This document shows, piece by piece, positions 22,766 through 36,800 of a stretch of 64,000 bases of DNA. The notes beneath the pieces were generated by a model that did not search any database, was not told the DNA's origin, and was given only the letters and a program-made list of their open reading frames with translations. The number at the start of each line of letters is the position of its first letter. Positions within the stretch are counted from its first letter, which is position 1. The DNA comes from Amoebophrya sp. A120 (lineage: Eukaryota > Protista > Dinoflagellata). The position numbers and the translations under genes are program-made. The DNA lies in the NCBI GenBank assembly GCA_905178155.1, contig CAJINV010000001.1:667643-731642 (forward strand), in the 5' to 3' direction.

Positions 22766-25341
22766 ATGGTGCGAAAGTTAGCTGTGAATGAGCAAGAGCA
22801 ACTCCTCGCGGGTGGCGGCGGGGGTGGTGGAGCAGATTCGGTGGACGACGCTTGGATCCAAAAGTTGGAAAACAAGGTGAAGCACCCAAGTGGACCAGCT
22901 GGGGACGCAAAGCACTATTTGCGCGTGAAGAACAGGAACGAGAAGTATTCGGCGGTCCGCTGCAATGAGGTAGAGAAAATGCCAAATGGAAGTTGGCAGA
23001 TTACTGTCGGCGGCGGCGGGATACCCTTCATTCAGAATGGCCAGTGGATTCGTACACTGGATGCACCGCGCCGCGGAGGTTTGGGGAGGTTTCAAAACGA
23101 CTACTTCTCGCCCATCGCGTTCCAGGGCCGCCTTGTTTTCCTGAACACGAAAAATTTAGAAGGATCGGGCGCCTGGAAGGCGGGGAAAAGTCCCGAAGAG
23201 AGGCAGGCTTTCGCGACGGAGCAACACCGAAAATGGAAAGAAGCGTACAACTTGCACGAAAAGTGGATCAAGAACTTGCACAGTGGGATTCAGTTTCCGT
23301 CCGCGCCAAACGGCAAACAGTACCACAACGGGCTGAATCGTTTCCGCGAGGTGATTACGAACGACGTGGTGAATAGAGCACTGAGCCCGGAAGGCCTTCC
23401 AGATGGAAGCGCGGACGAGCTCTCTTACCAAAGACTGACCGATACCTATCTGGGGTACGTGGCCGGTCAAAACATTGAGCACGTGGATGCGTTAATGTTG
23501 GCAGAGTACAGAACGGGGAAGACAAGTCTGAACATCGACCCACGTGTGGTCAAAATCAAAGATGACCAGAACGGGGAGTTGCGAGACCTCGAAGCGTTCC
23601 GCGAAGTGCCAGACCAACATGATGCTATTTTGCAAGGGCAGGGACTCTATCAGATTGGTTTCCGCAGCACCACGAGCGGCGCGACGACAACCGTTCACAT
23701 GCGGGCCGAGCTGTTGGGGCTTGCAGTCTCCAGCGTCAATGGAGAGCTTGGTGGCGATGGGTATGATGTTGGCAAGGACGCGCAGGTGGCGAACAAATTG
23801 ATTCAAGAGGACGCCTTGTGGTCCGAGCACTTCGGTTTTCGGGATCCCTTGCCAGCGTTAGGCGGTAGTCACAAAAATCGTGCCGATCGCGGTCTGTGGG
23901 AGGAATCCCCCGGAATGCAGGCAGCCGTGAAAAAGGGCTTGGTTACCTCCACCGAGGCGAAATGGATTACCAGCTTCGGCCGTGGAAGTCGGGATGAAAC
24001 CTACGGACGCAACGGCAACCTGGAAGATTCCGTGCGCTTCCTGCAGGCACTCGACGCGGAGGACCAGGAGCTCCGCCTCCAGCAACAAGGAAAAGCAGGG
24101 CAAGGAGGAGCAACAGGAACCCCTACAGGAGCCACGCCCCTGGGGGATTTGGTGAAAGCCGATGGGAATGCTTTTGGTGCCTGGGGCATGCTTGTTTTCG
24201 GCCACAGGAAGGACGAAAAAGACTTTGACCCGGCCGCCTTTGCCCGAAACGCGGCTCCAAAAAAGGAGCTGGTATCGCACGACGCAAAGGCGCCTTTGGT
24301 GGATGTGCGGCACATGAACGAGGACATGCAAAAATTCTTCGGCGTCCGCTTGATGCGCGACGGGGACGCGACTCCCATCATCCGACCGAGTTCCAAGTTC
24401 GGCGCGGTGGTTGCCATGCACTTCGACCCGGATGGTTTGTACCCGAAGAAGTTCTCGTTCAAAGGGTACCGAGATGGCGAGCCGGGTTCGAAAGGCGTGT
24501 TTCTTGAATCGCACCCGTTTCCGCACGTGGTTACGGCGAAGGACGAAAAGGCCGTTTTGCGCTATTGTTTGGCGAAATACGGGACGGACGGAAAACTGTA
24601 CATGATAGAAGTGGTTGTGCCCTTTGGGTACGGGCTTTTCGTGAACAAAAACGTGATCCACGGGGACACCTATGTGAAAGGAACGGTGCTCATCTACCTG
24701 GAGCCGCTGGAAGAATACGCAGACTCCGCGCTGGTCCGCATATTCACCGCAAATATGTCCTCTGGGTCACTGGAAAACGGCCACTTTTGTCATGCACATT
24801 TTGCATGATCCATGATTTCTGTGATGCAGCATGCCCTCGCATCTACACAGATTTTGTGATGGCTTTCTATATATAAATACCTATACCGCATGAGAAATGA
24901 TGCCCTCTCCGCGTAGCAAGAACTGGAACTCTTTGGCTTTTCATCCAATACAGATTTTCATTTTGGGTTTGTAGAGTCCCAAGGTTGCTTCACAAATTCC
25001 ACCTCTCCAGACCCAGACCTATTTGCATTGCATACCGCACCGCCGATGGCAAAATGGTGAACTACTACAAGGAAAGCGACGTGCTAGATTTCCCTTATCA
25101 ACATGGACCTGATTTTGTTGCTCAAGCTCAAGGTGCTGAAGATGGTAGTTGTGGCGGAAATTTAGTTTGCAACGGCGCCAGCACCGCGGGCCTGACCATC
25201 GCAGTCGTTTTGGGCTGTGGCCTTGTGGTCGCCGTTGTCATGTTTTTTCTCATGGGCAGAATGGGAAGGGCAAGGGGGGGCGGAAACGATAGAACCGCGG
25301 CGACGTCAGCTCGTGACAATGTCGACGCTGATCTAGCGTGA
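22766..25341 (+). CDS. Protein with a C-terminal ureidoglycolate-lyase-like cupin region and a TM helix (exons 22766-24740, 25040-25341)
   Basis: FLESHPFPHVV..VVPFGYGLFVNKNVIHGD resembles the AllA-type ERHP..GV-WH pattern; C-terminal GLTIAVVLGCGLVVAVVMFFLMG; frames join at ALVR|TADG. Confidence 0.6.
24741..25034. mobile_element. Introner family A (diverged)
   Basis: GCAAATATGTCCTCTGGGTCACTGGA / TCCAGACCCAGACCTATTTGCATTGCATA, DR CCGCA. Confidence 0.85.
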
Positions 25342-26855
25342 TGCAGGTGAATGATGTAGATCTGAGAAGGACTCCTAGTGCGAAGACACAATTAATTGTT
25401 CACTTTATTTTTAAAATGAGAGTTAAAAAATATTTATAGATAAAGATTATATGATGAATTCTTAGTATATTAGGGTCTATTTTCGCTTCGCTTTCTTCTC
25501 TTCGACCCAAAACGACAGGACAAGCCTACCAAACCTCGCAGTTCGCACCGGCTCCAGTGATCTACTCAAACTTCTATTTTTATTTTACATTGCAGTATAA
25601 GTTCTAGGTATAGGTTTTGAAGAGTTACATATGTAAAAAACTAAAAACACAAAAACAAAACGTTCAAACTTACACCTTCAGAAGTTCAAGAGACACAAGT
25701 TCCTGCAGAAATAGACTTTTGGTTTTGCTGTTTTCACACAAGCAAGCTCAACTTTTCGCAAGCACGACCTTTCGTTTTCTCTTACAGAACTCCGCACTCG
25801 CAGCAGGCGCAAGTAGATTTCACTTTTTCAGAAGCAACAGCAGCGTTTACTTTTTCAACATCTAGAGCAACTTTTGGACTTTCTCTTCGACTTTTTAACT
25901 TTCGAAAAAAAAAACTTTTTCCTAGTTCAGAAAAACAGCTTTCCGGAACGTTTAGTTTTTCTCAGGCTAACGAGGCCAAAGCTGCTGTAGCCACCTAGTA
26001 TTTTTTTTAAACTGAGAGTTAGTGAGGTGAGAGTTGGCGTCCCCTTCTCTCCCCTTGCTGGGAATCACTACTACTACTAAACTAGCTCTAACATCGTGAG
26101 AGGAAGGTAAGCCCTTCAAGCGGAAACCACGACTCCAACACTAACAAACAAACAAACTACAGGTTTTGAAGAGGAAAAAAGTGAATAAACATCCCCGCAA
26201 AGAACATGCGGAAAAATGTGGGTGCTCATTGTGTTCAATTTGTTTATACTAGGCTGTAGTTGAGGTATCTATGGGTGTTTACGTTTACCAAAGCCTGACG
26301 TTTTGCGGCCGCCCGTTGATCGAGAGGGAGCAGAAAGATCTCTAGACCTGCGAGTGTTTTTTTTGTCTTTATTACTGCAAGAGGAGGGATTTTTTAGTGA
26401 GTAGAGAGTGAGCAAAAATGGGATTTCTGACGCAAGCGTTAGCGTGAAGAGGATCAACCTGCCGTGCGATGTAGAGAAAGAGGTTTTTTGGTGTGCTGCT
26501 TTATTTCTTCGTGCAGCTTGACTGAGCGTACTTACAACTTGATTCGCTGCAGAGCAAAGCCAACTGTTGAGGTTTACTTTTGGCTTTGCTGCAGCTCTGC
26601 GTGCCGGCGCCAGTAATTTCGTACTCAAAATTGTGATGAAAAATCAATTTGTGCGGTCGCGAAGAAAAGGTCGGCAAATCTGCCGGGACGAACCGTGATT
26701 AAAAGATGGCGTTTGCAGTCGAGGGCTGTGTCGAGCCAGACGCCAGCACCGTTCGTTTCTCCAGTCGAGAAGGGGTTCGGAGCAAGAATTGCAGCCAGTC
26801 GTCACGGTCCAGACATCAAATTTTCCCACGCACGACCGGGAGCAGTGACAACAAG

Positions 26856-29800
26856 ATGCTGTCACTTGTAGAACCCTCGCGGCAGGAGGACCTGCGTTTC
26901 TTGAGTGACGCGTCGAGTCTTGTTGACAGCAGTAGGGGAACAATGCATATGCAAGATGAAGCTGATCATGAAAATAGCTACAACGGAAGTCGTCAATCAG
27001 CGGGCGGAGCTGCATTTTCACCCTGTGGTCGTTTAGGGTTAACACCAGCTGCATCAAGGACCTCCGGTTGTACACTACCTGCAAAAAGGAGAAGTAGAAA
27101 GAGTAGAAACTTACTCCTGTCCAGGACAGCTACCGCGAGCTGTCTCGTCTGGACTGCCGGAATGGATCTCCACCAGTCCGTACGCGCCGACTCGTCGGAG
27201 TACCACGTGGACCTGACCTGCAAGGGCACGCAGCGGGAGTATATCCCACAGAAAAAAGCTGGCAGGGCATATTTGTAATGCAAAAATCAATACACAGAAA
27301 AACAAAAATCTGCCATGGGCGGCCTCATAGCATGCTATTTAGGATATGCAATACAAATTTGTTTGTCAATTTATTTTTGCATTACAAATATGACCTGCAA
27401 GCTTTTTTCTGTGTGATAGAGTACGAGGGCTGCGAAATCGAGCCCTGCGAAGTGAAAACCTGCATGGACTGCGTCTGGTCCGTATCAAATGTAAAAATGT
27501 CTGGGTCTGGAAGAGTGCAAGCCTTGTCATGCACATTTTGCATGACCCACGATGTCTGTGATGCCTGCCCTAGCATCACAATTTTTTTGACGGCTTTCTG
27601 ATGCGTATCCTGCATGACAAGTGCCCTCTCCGTGTAGCACAAAATCGAATCCTCTTGCTGGTCATGCAACACAGATTTTTTTAGAATCCGACGACAGCAT
27701 CAGGAGTTGCATCCTTCCAGACCCAGACATTTTTGCATTCGATAGTCCGAATGGGCGCCGTATTCCGCCTGTACCTGCGAGGGCTTGCGCGAGCGCCACC
27801 GAGTCATCGCACAGCAGTCCAACAGTTGCGGGAAACCGTGCGACGGTACTACTATACTAGAAACTCGCTGTTGTGCTTGGCGGCGTCCGTGCTAGTAGAC
27901 CACGGTGTGCTGACCACTTCTAGAGGAGACTCTCTAGTTGTGTTGTAACAAGCTTGCTCCTGCTCATATGCAGCCTGTCGTGCTGCAGTTCGTAGTTATC
28001 GGTTGGTCAACTGCAGCACTGCACTAATATGCAGAAGATGCCAACAAGTAGAAGTATCTTGCAAAACCCTCAACACCTCCTCAGCGGTGATCTTCGAACC
28101 ACCACTCTCTTTGTCTACTTATCAGGCCCGAAAGTCGAGACTGCCACTTGCACGCCGGACTGTCACCACAATCCGCAGGACTGCGTGCTCTCGGAGTGGT
28201 CGAGCTGGTCGTCCTGCTCCAAGGACTGCGGGGGCGGGCAGAAAAACCGCACGCGCGTGGTGGTTACGGAGGCGGCGCATTTAGGCAAACCGTGCAGCGG
28301 CAGTCTGGTCGAGACCGAAGCCTGCAACGACGCGGCGTGCGTCGCCAAGCGGGACTGCGAACTTTCCTATTGGTCTTCCTGGGGGGAGTGCAGCAAGAGC
28401 TGCGGCGGCGGCCAGCAGAACCGCACGCGCACCGTGACGGCGACGGCGCTGGCGGGGGGGAAACCCTGTTCCGGCGGCCTGGTCGAGCTGCAGGCGTGCT
28501 CGCTGCCCAAGTGCGAGACGGACCTGGACTGCATCTGGAACGAGTGGCAGGAGTGGTCCGCGTGCTCGCGGTCCTGCGGCATCGGCTCGCGGGCGCGCAG
28601 CCGGATGATCGAGCAGGCGCCGCGGGGGCACGGCAAGCTCTGTATCCGATAAAAAAAAGCTGGCAGGGCATATTTGTAATGCAAAAATAAATACACAAAA
28701 AAATCCGCATTGCATATCCGAAACAGCATGCTATCTGGCTACCCATGACAAATTTTTCTGTGTATTTATTTTTGCATTACAAATATGCCCTGCCAGCTTT
28801 TTTCTCTGGGATACTCTGCGAGCCGCTGGACATGGTGGAGACCGCGGCCTGCGACATGGGCTTGTGCTATCCACAGAAATAAAATTCCTGTACACATAAA
28901 TACAAATATCGCGCCGGTTCCTGCATGACAAGAGAGAAGAGACTTGCTTTTGATTCTAGAAGTCACAGCATGGCAAGTCATGTTAGGTTACTCTCTAAGA
29001 TTGGCGAAATTTGTGTATGCATGTCGTATTTTTATGGGAAATTTGTATTGCATATGTGCCACGAGGCCGTTGATTGCTTGTTCGAACCCTGGACCAGTTG
29101 GGGCGAGTGCTCCAAATCCTGTCACGGCGTATTGATAATGTGCTGCGATGAACAAGATAGGTCATCATGTGATTACTATGGTGGATGCTAGATTGCGGTT
29201 GCCTCGCACCATCGACCGATCGTGAAAGCTTAATATTTCCAGAAAAAGAAAGGCATTAACGATGAAATCTGATTTCGAATCATTTTTCCTTCCCTTGACC
29301 ACTGCTACCAGGTCCAAGAGCGCACGCGCCACATTGCAGTGTACCCAGCGCACGACGGCGCTGCGTGCGAAGGGAACCTGAAGGAGCTGCAGGGGTGCAA
29401 CAACGAGGGTTGCATTGACGAATCGGAGAAGGTGCCGGTGAATTGCGAGCTGAGCGCCTGGAAGCCCTGGGCAGAGTGCTCCAAGAGCTGTGGAGGCGGG
29501 GAGCGTACACGGTCGCGCGAAGTGGTGCAGGAACCGAAGAACGGTGGGGACCCCTGCGACGGAGTGTTGGCAGAGATGGAGCCGTGCAACGTGGAGATCT
29601 GCCCCGAGGACGTCGTGCCAAAAATCGACCCGGTACTTACTCGCGCCGGGAGGCTTGCATGCTTCATTTTTGTGTCATGGAGCAGGAAGAACTAGAGCTA
29701 CAGATAGTTTTTGGTGGCAATATCATATGAAAATCCGACCCGATCATACACTGACTTGTGTTCTTCCATTTTTACCTATTTACGCACAACCAGGTCGACT

Positions 29801-32800
29801 GCGCCTGGAGCGAGTGGGAGAGCTGGGGCCAGTGCAGTAACAGCTGCGGGGTCGGGCAGAAGTTTCGCAAGCGGCGCATAGTCCAACTGCCAAACAACCT
29901 GGGAAAACCTTGTTCTGCGAATGACTCCATGGAGGTCGCGGAGTGCAATTTAGCATCGTGTTTGGGTAAGTCCGTGGTATTACTGTTTTAATAAAGCTGC
30001 TGCTTAAGATGCAGTGCCAAAGCCATTATTGTATGGGTATCCATTTTCATCATCAGCAGCAGCATCCATGTAGTTGTAGCGCATTTGTTTCTTTGATGAG
30101 CAAGAAAAACGAACTTTAACCGTTATTTGTCGAATGTTCTGTAGGGGCTGCAGAATATGCAAGTTTTTGTTCACTATCACTGCTTTGGAATCTTCATCAT
30201 CAACACTGCTACAGCCGTCGACTGCGTCTGGTCTGAGTGGTCCGCTTGGTCCGATTGCACGTGCAGCGGTCTGCGGGAGCGCCACCGCGAGATTAGCCAG
30301 CACTATGCGGGAGACGGTAAGCCCTGCGAGGGCGCAAAAGTGGAGACCAAAGAGTGCCATGCAGATTGCTACCCGGACCCAATAGACTGCGTTCTCTCCG
30401 GCTGGGCGGACTGGTAAATTTAGTACTTACTACCGGAGAAATTACTACTGAGTATCGACTTGGTGGAGCTCACGCTGTACCGAAGAATGCTGCAGCTGCG
30501 ATTCTTGTTTTGTTCCACAGCGTGTTTCTTTTTGTTGATCTTTACATACAACTCTCCCCTAAGTTGTACTCTTGTCTTCTATCCAAAGGTCGACCTGTTC
30601 CCATCCCTGCGGGGGCGGGCAGAAGAAGCGCACGCGGAAGGTAAACACCTTGCCGCAGTACGGCGGCAAGGATTGCGCGTCCGGATTGGAAGAGGTCGCG
30701 CCCTGTAGCACGGAGCCCTGCGAGCATCCCAGCGACTGCGTGATGGGGGACTGGACGGACTGGGGCAAGTGTTCTGCCACCTGCGGGGGCGGAGAGCAGC
30801 ACCGCGCGCGGAAAGTGGTGAAGGCCTCCAAGCACGGCGGCCGCCCGTGCAGCGACGAGACGAGCGAGGTGCGCGGCTGCGGCATGGACCCCTGCAAGGC
30901 CGCGGTGGACTGCCGCTGGGGCGAGTGGTCCGAGTTTGACGAGTGCAGCAAAACGTGCGGCGGCGGGCAGCGAACCCGAACCCGCCACGTCGAGACCAGC
31001 CCGCGGAACGGCGGCAAGCTGTGCGACGCCTTAACCACCGAGGAGGTGGCGCCCTGCAACACCGAAAGCTGCGAGGAAAAGCAGCCCTGTCGTGACGGGC
31101 AGTGGGGACCCTGGAGCCGATGGTAAGTCAAAAATTTTGAGGGGGTGTTGAAGAGAGTGACAGATGTTGAAAGTAGAAGAGTGTCTCATTGCGAATATCA
31201 AACTCATAGGTCGACGAGTCAACGAGCCCCTGGCTCCGGGAAACGAAAATCAAAATCGAAAACAAAAACAATCTTTTGTCTAGGTCTCTCTGCTCCGCTA
31301 CGTGCGGCGAAGGGTATCGTGTGCGGCATCGACAGGTTGGCGTTGAGCCGAACTACTGCGGTGCAGCGGCGCATGGCCAGTACGATCAGTACGAAAAGTG
31401 CAATCTGGGTCCCTGCAACACCGGAAAACAAGATTGCGAGTTTGGAGAGTGGTACTTACTACAACGTGCTGAATAAGTCTAGAGCAAGATTTTTACTGCG
31501 TCCACTAATCGTGCGTTTGCATAGTTTTCGTTTGGAGAAACCTCTGAAATGGCCCACGATGACGTCGGTACTACGAATCAGAATCTTGTAAAAAGCGAAT
31601 CCTAGAAATGAAATTAAAAAAAAAGCCGCATTATCTACTATGAAAATAAAGGCAAAAGTGGGAGCCCTGCAGCAGCAACTGCAATGGTATTCACACTCGC
31701 GAGCGGCTCGTAAGCCAATACGCCAAGGACGGTGGGTCCCCCTGTACGGGTGCCACGAAGCAAATAGGACCATGCAACACCGGACACTGCAAGTCGCTCG
31801 AGCCCGTGGACTGCGTACTCGGTGAGTGGTCAGCGTGGGACGAGTGCACCGCAGCCTGTGAGGGCGGCAGCCAGGCCCGGTCCCGCACAATCGTCGAGCT
31901 GCCGAAGCGCGGTGGTAAGCCCTGCGAGGGGGCGCTGGACGAAGTGCGGGCGTGCAACGAGGAGCGGTGCAGGGCGACGCAAGACTGCAAATGGAGCATC
32001 TGGGGCGAGTGGGGCAGCTGCTCCAAACCATGCGGGGGAGGTACTGAAGTTATTTCTTTTTATCGCATTTGGGGTGAGTTGGGTAGAATTTTTCAGCAGC
32101 GTGCCGTAGCGATGATTGTGCTACTGGCTTTGCGAAGATGAACCAATTTTTGCAAAGCGTCGGTCGGGAGGAGGAGTCAACAAAACTAGAAATGTAAAAA
32201 GAATTCTGGTCAACACATCGGCAGGCGAGCGCACGCGGTTTCGGCACATAATGAAGAACCCGCGGCACGGCGGCAAGGCGTGCGATGCGAAGGAGGCCGG
32301 GGAGATGGAACCCTGCAACGTGCACCACTGCGGGCACCGGGAGTACTGCGTGTGGAGCCACTGGGGCCAGTGGGGCGAGTGCAACAAGAGTTGCGGCAAG
32401 GGCACGCGGCACCGGCAGCGGAAGCTGGAGATCAGCATGAGCCACGCGGACGCGGAAACCGCGCTCTCCACGGGAATCTTCTCCGAAATAGCCTCGTCTT
32501 GGTCCTTATGCATTGCAAATATGTCAGGCTGGGTCTGGAAGCTTGTAATGCGCGTCAGTGAATAATAAGCATGCGCCATCCAGCATGACAGATTTTTTCG
32601 TGGCTCTGTGTTGTGTAGTCCGCATGAGAAGCTGCGTTTTTCCATGACAGACAACAGAGGCTGTGCGTGGCTACGCAATACAGAGCTCAGATTCATGCCA
32701 GACTAGCATGACAAGTCTCGCAATCTTCCAGACCCAGACATGTTTGCACTGGATAGTCTCCCGGAAATTTCTACACCGCGGACCACCTGGCCTTCACCTT

Positions 32801-32969
32801 CCTGATCGGCATGGCCAGCAGCGTCATGGTGCTCTTCGTGATTTACCAAGGTGGGGTCCGACTCAGGAGAAGATCACAGGGCGACGACGATTCGTCAGCG
32901 GCAGCACTGTTCCTCGACGATGACCGACCACTCGCGCAGCCATTCGCGATGGCGTCGCCGGTGGAGTGA
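26856..32969 (+). CDS. Thrombospondin type-1 repeat membrane protein, copy 1 (16 TSP1 repeats, TM, acidic tail)
   Basis: Repeated DCxxSxWxxWxxCSxxCGGGxxxRxR motifs across many exons; ends DHLAFTFLIGMASSVMVLFVIY..DDDRPLAQPFAMASPVE*. 5 introners plus several GT-AG introns. Start codon uncertain. Confidence 0.85.
27242..27418. mobile_element. Introner family C
   Basis: Long TIR containing AAAAAAGCTGGCAGGGCATATTTGTAATGCAAAAAT, DR GAGTA. Confidence 0.9.
27483..27744. mobile_element. Introner family A
   Basis: Family A TIRs, DR GTCCG, joins CVWS|EWAP. Confidence 0.92.
28643..28813. mobile_element. Introner family C (inverted relative to 27242)
   Basis: Long near-perfect TIR, DR CTCTG, joins GKL|CEPL. 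Confidence 0.92.
28868..29054. mobile_element. Introner family F
   Basis: TATCCACAGAAATAAAATTCC / GGGAAATTTGTATTGCATA, DR TGTGC. Confidence 0.85.
32507..32755. mobile_element. Introner family A
   Basis: Family A TIRs, degenerate DR GTCCT/GTCTC. Confidence 0.85.
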
Positions 32970-33861
32970 GATGTTGAAATGCAGTGTGCAAGTAGCAAGA
33001 AAGGCGACGGCAATTATTCATGCCGGCCGGTTGTAGTGTGATTGTGAATGGCATAGTCGAGTTGAGTAGATTCACTGAAATTCAAAATACGTAGTCGACG
33101 GTCCATCTTCCATGTTGAGTCGTCTCCAGAAAGACCACACAAGAGAGGACGCTAGAACTTTCTATGCGTCGTCTTCCAGTATAGCTACAGAGAAACACAG
33201 CAGCTTGTTATGGCAACCACACATGACGACTTTTTAATATGCGCCGGTGGCGGTTCTTTTGCGTCACCAGTCGTGCACGCAGGTCCGGCCAAGAGTGTAC
33301 TTGAACCAAAGCCGCATGATTTTCCTAGTCTCGTGTGGATCCGTTGCCTCGTCCACGGCAGCGGGGTGGACCACTTGACAATCAAAGAACACAGAAGTAG
33401 ATTCCTGCTCGCTGCATGGCGTTGGCGTCACGGACTGGACTTGCAGTTGATAAATCTCCTTCCCCAGCTGTTACTGGCGGCTGCGGTTGCGATCTGGTAT
33501 GTTGGCAGCGGAGCCAATCCTGCGAGTTGTAAGTTGTCAACATTTGTGAAGACGAGTTGAGAAAGCCTTTGGCCATGCTCATCATGCTGTGAAAAGAACT
33601 TTGGGACGACGAGAGAAATTGGAATTGCTGCCCTGCGCTGAGCCAGAGCACCGTTTTTTTTTCAGCTGTGGGCGGCGGGCCACACGAATTGCTGAGAGAA
33701 AAAGGTTTTCGTCGTGGTGCTGTCTCCACCTTGGAACCACGTAAAGCTTGTTCTCTATCGAAACTGTGGTTCGGGCAGCTCCGAAAGCGGGAAAGCGCCG
33801 GCGCAGCTACGGGAATCCTCGTGATAGAAAAAAAATGGCGCGAAAGCCCAGGAAAAAGACC

Positions 33862-36800
33862 ATGAGAGTGGCAACAGCGCTGCTTTTGGCGGGTGCGACG
33901 TCCACACGGCGGGCCGCCGCGGAGGAGAAAGCGGGCTTCACCTGCGAGGGGACACAGAAGGAAACAAAAGTCTGCAAGCAGCCCGACTGCATGGGCTCGC
34001 CATGTATCTATCTTTTTCCCGATGTTGTAGACTGATGACAGCAGAAGTTCCGGTGTATTTGTTCGGCGTGCTTTCATAATGCATAAGCATATGTGCTTGT
34101 TAAAGTTAATATCTTCATGTGTCACTCAATCTATCATATCTTGACAAAACCAACGCGCAAAGATCGTGAATGAAATTCCGAATCGAAGAAACTCGTAAAA
34201 ACCCCACGACATCAGGCAAGGACTGCGTCTGGAGTGACTGGAGCCAGTGGGCGCCACCGACGTGTCTCGGGCTCTGTGAGCGGCACCGGGAAATAGTATG
34301 CATCGCAAATATGTCTGGGTCTGGAAACTTGTTATGCAAGTCTGTGAACAATAATTGCTCTGTCTCTGTAATGCGCCGCCAAGCATGACAAGTTTTTTCG
34401 TGCTTCTGTGCTGCGTATTCCGCATGAGAAACTACGCTTTTGCATGACAGGCAAGAGGACCTCTTGGTGGCCACGCAATACAGAGTGCAGAGTCATGCCG
34501 GACTAGCATGACAAATATCGCAGTCTTCCAGACCCAGGCATATTTGCATTTGATAAATAGCGGAGCACAACAATTTTTGCGGCGACCCCTGCCACGGCCC
34601 CATGACAGAAACAAAATTTTGCCAGCCGGACTGCGATCCCCCGCCCGTGGACTGCGAGGTATCGGAGTGGTCGGATTGGTCTCTCTGCACGGAGCTCTGC
34701 GGCGGGGGGCAAACCTACCGGGAGCGGAAAGTGAAACAGTTCCCCAAGCACGGCGGCAAAATTTGCAGCACGGACCTGACGCAGACCAAGCCCTGCAACC
34801 AGAAGAGCTGCAACACCCCGCAGGACTGCGTGCTAGGCGACTGGGGCGCGTGGGACACCTGCAGCGCGAGTTGCGAGGGGGGCGTGCGGAAGAGGAAACG
34901 ACACATCGTATTGTAAGGAAAAATCCCCCCTCCCCATATCGAAAAAGTATGATTCCGAAAATTTGTGTTGCTGATTTGAGACCACAAATCACGTCTGTCT
35001 TGCAAGAAGACAAGTGCAGAAGCTTCCGCTCCATTATGGAAGCGATTTGGCATGCTGTTGCGCCTAGGGGGCAGCCGTTTGTAATGCTAAGCAACTAGAC
35101 CCAAACACCCCTACCTAGGCCGAGGATCTGGCTGCGCTGCCTCACTGCAAGACAAATCAGATTTGTGTACGCAGATCCGGCATCAGAAACTTCGTTTTGA
35201 TATGGGGAGGGGGGATTTTTCCTTTTGATACATCGAGGCCGTGGCGATGTTCGGCGGGGTGCCGTGCCAGGGCGAGCTCGAACAGGTGGAGGAGTGCATA
35301 TGGGGCTCTCAAACGTTACATTCTCAACTGTTACATGATTTGTCATGCAAAAACGCTATCACTTTTCACAATTTCAAACCTTCTCCGCATGACAAGTTCT
35401 CGACACGCTAGATAGCATTGTAATCTGCTCCAAACCTGTAATGCAAAAGGAGCAAGCTTTTCCCTTTCACTTTTGCCATTCTTGCATTACAAATTTCATG
35501 TAACAGTTGAGAATGTAACAGTTGAGAGCTCCATAGTGCAACGAGCAAGCGTGCATCTCAGCAGTAGACTGCTCGTGGGGCGAGTGGGGCTACTGGAGCG
35601 ACTGCTCAGCATGTAAGTAGTATTCATGTGTTTCTTTTCCGGTTTTTCGGCTCAAGTACACAGTTTGAAGATCATTCTGTCATACTTGGGACTGTGTCGT
35701 GCTGCATGATCATACTAGCTTACAACTACACCTCCTCGTTTTCTACTCTACAGCGTGTGACGGTGGCGAGCAGACCCGCATGCGATTGATAGACATCGCG
35801 CCCAAGAACGGCGGGAAGCTTTGCTCCGTCGATATCGTAAGGAAAAATCCCCCCTCCCCATATCGAAAACGTACCCGTCTGAAAATTTGCGATGCGCATT
35901 TGCGACCTCAAATCCTGTCTGTCTTGCAAGAAGGCAAGTCCAGAAAGCGTTCCGCATTTTGCAGGCAGTTTGTGATGCTGTTTGGCTTAGAGCATACACG
36001 TTTGCAATGCTAGGCGCCTACGTCAAAACCTCTCGACTGAGGCTTGGCATATGCCTGCACTCCTCTACTGCAAGACAAATCTGAGTTGTGTATGGAAATC
36101 CAGCATCAGAAACTTCGTTTCGATAGGGGGAGGGGGGATTTTTCCTCACAATAGTCGAGGATATGGTGGAGGTGCAACCCTGCAACCGACTCCCTTGCAA
36201 GGGACCCTTAGGGACTTAGGGACCTGAGGTCCAGAAAGCAGCCTAAAACGAACTCTAAAACGCATGGTATGCTCGCAAAATGGCCGACCATTTTACCCCC
36301 CCCCCCATTTGGGCCCCCCCAGAGTGCTTCGGCGGCTTCGGGGCTTCGGGGTCCCTTGCCGTCACTTGCCAACAAGTGTGGGCTCTTGATGGTCGAATAT
36401 AGTTCGTTAGCCGATAGCGGATGCCACGGACAAGTGGCATCTAGGGGGCCAAAAATTTCCGCATGCGTGTCCTCCACGCGGGCGGCCCCTGGGGCGCTGC
36501 TGTCGTTATCCATCAGGGAAAGTTGAAGCGGGCACTTCGATTTTCCTTCGATGAGGTAAAGTTGAAATGGCCAACTCAAATTTCCTTCGATGAGGGAAAG
36601 TTGAACTTCAATTTTCCTTCGATGATGGAAAGTTGAAGTGCCCATTTCAAATTTCCTTCGATCATGGAAAGTTGAAGCGGCCACTTCGAATTTCCTTCGA
36701 TGAGGGAAAGTTGCAGCGGCCATTTCAAATTTCCTTCGATGGGGGAAGGTTGAAGCGGTCGCGTCGATTTTCCTTCGATGAGGGAAATGCGAAGTGGCCA

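Noticed and set aside
35643-35656. TTTTTCGGCTCAAG as a relic dinoflagellate spliced leader
   Set aside because: Short imperfect match inside an intron, compatible with chance
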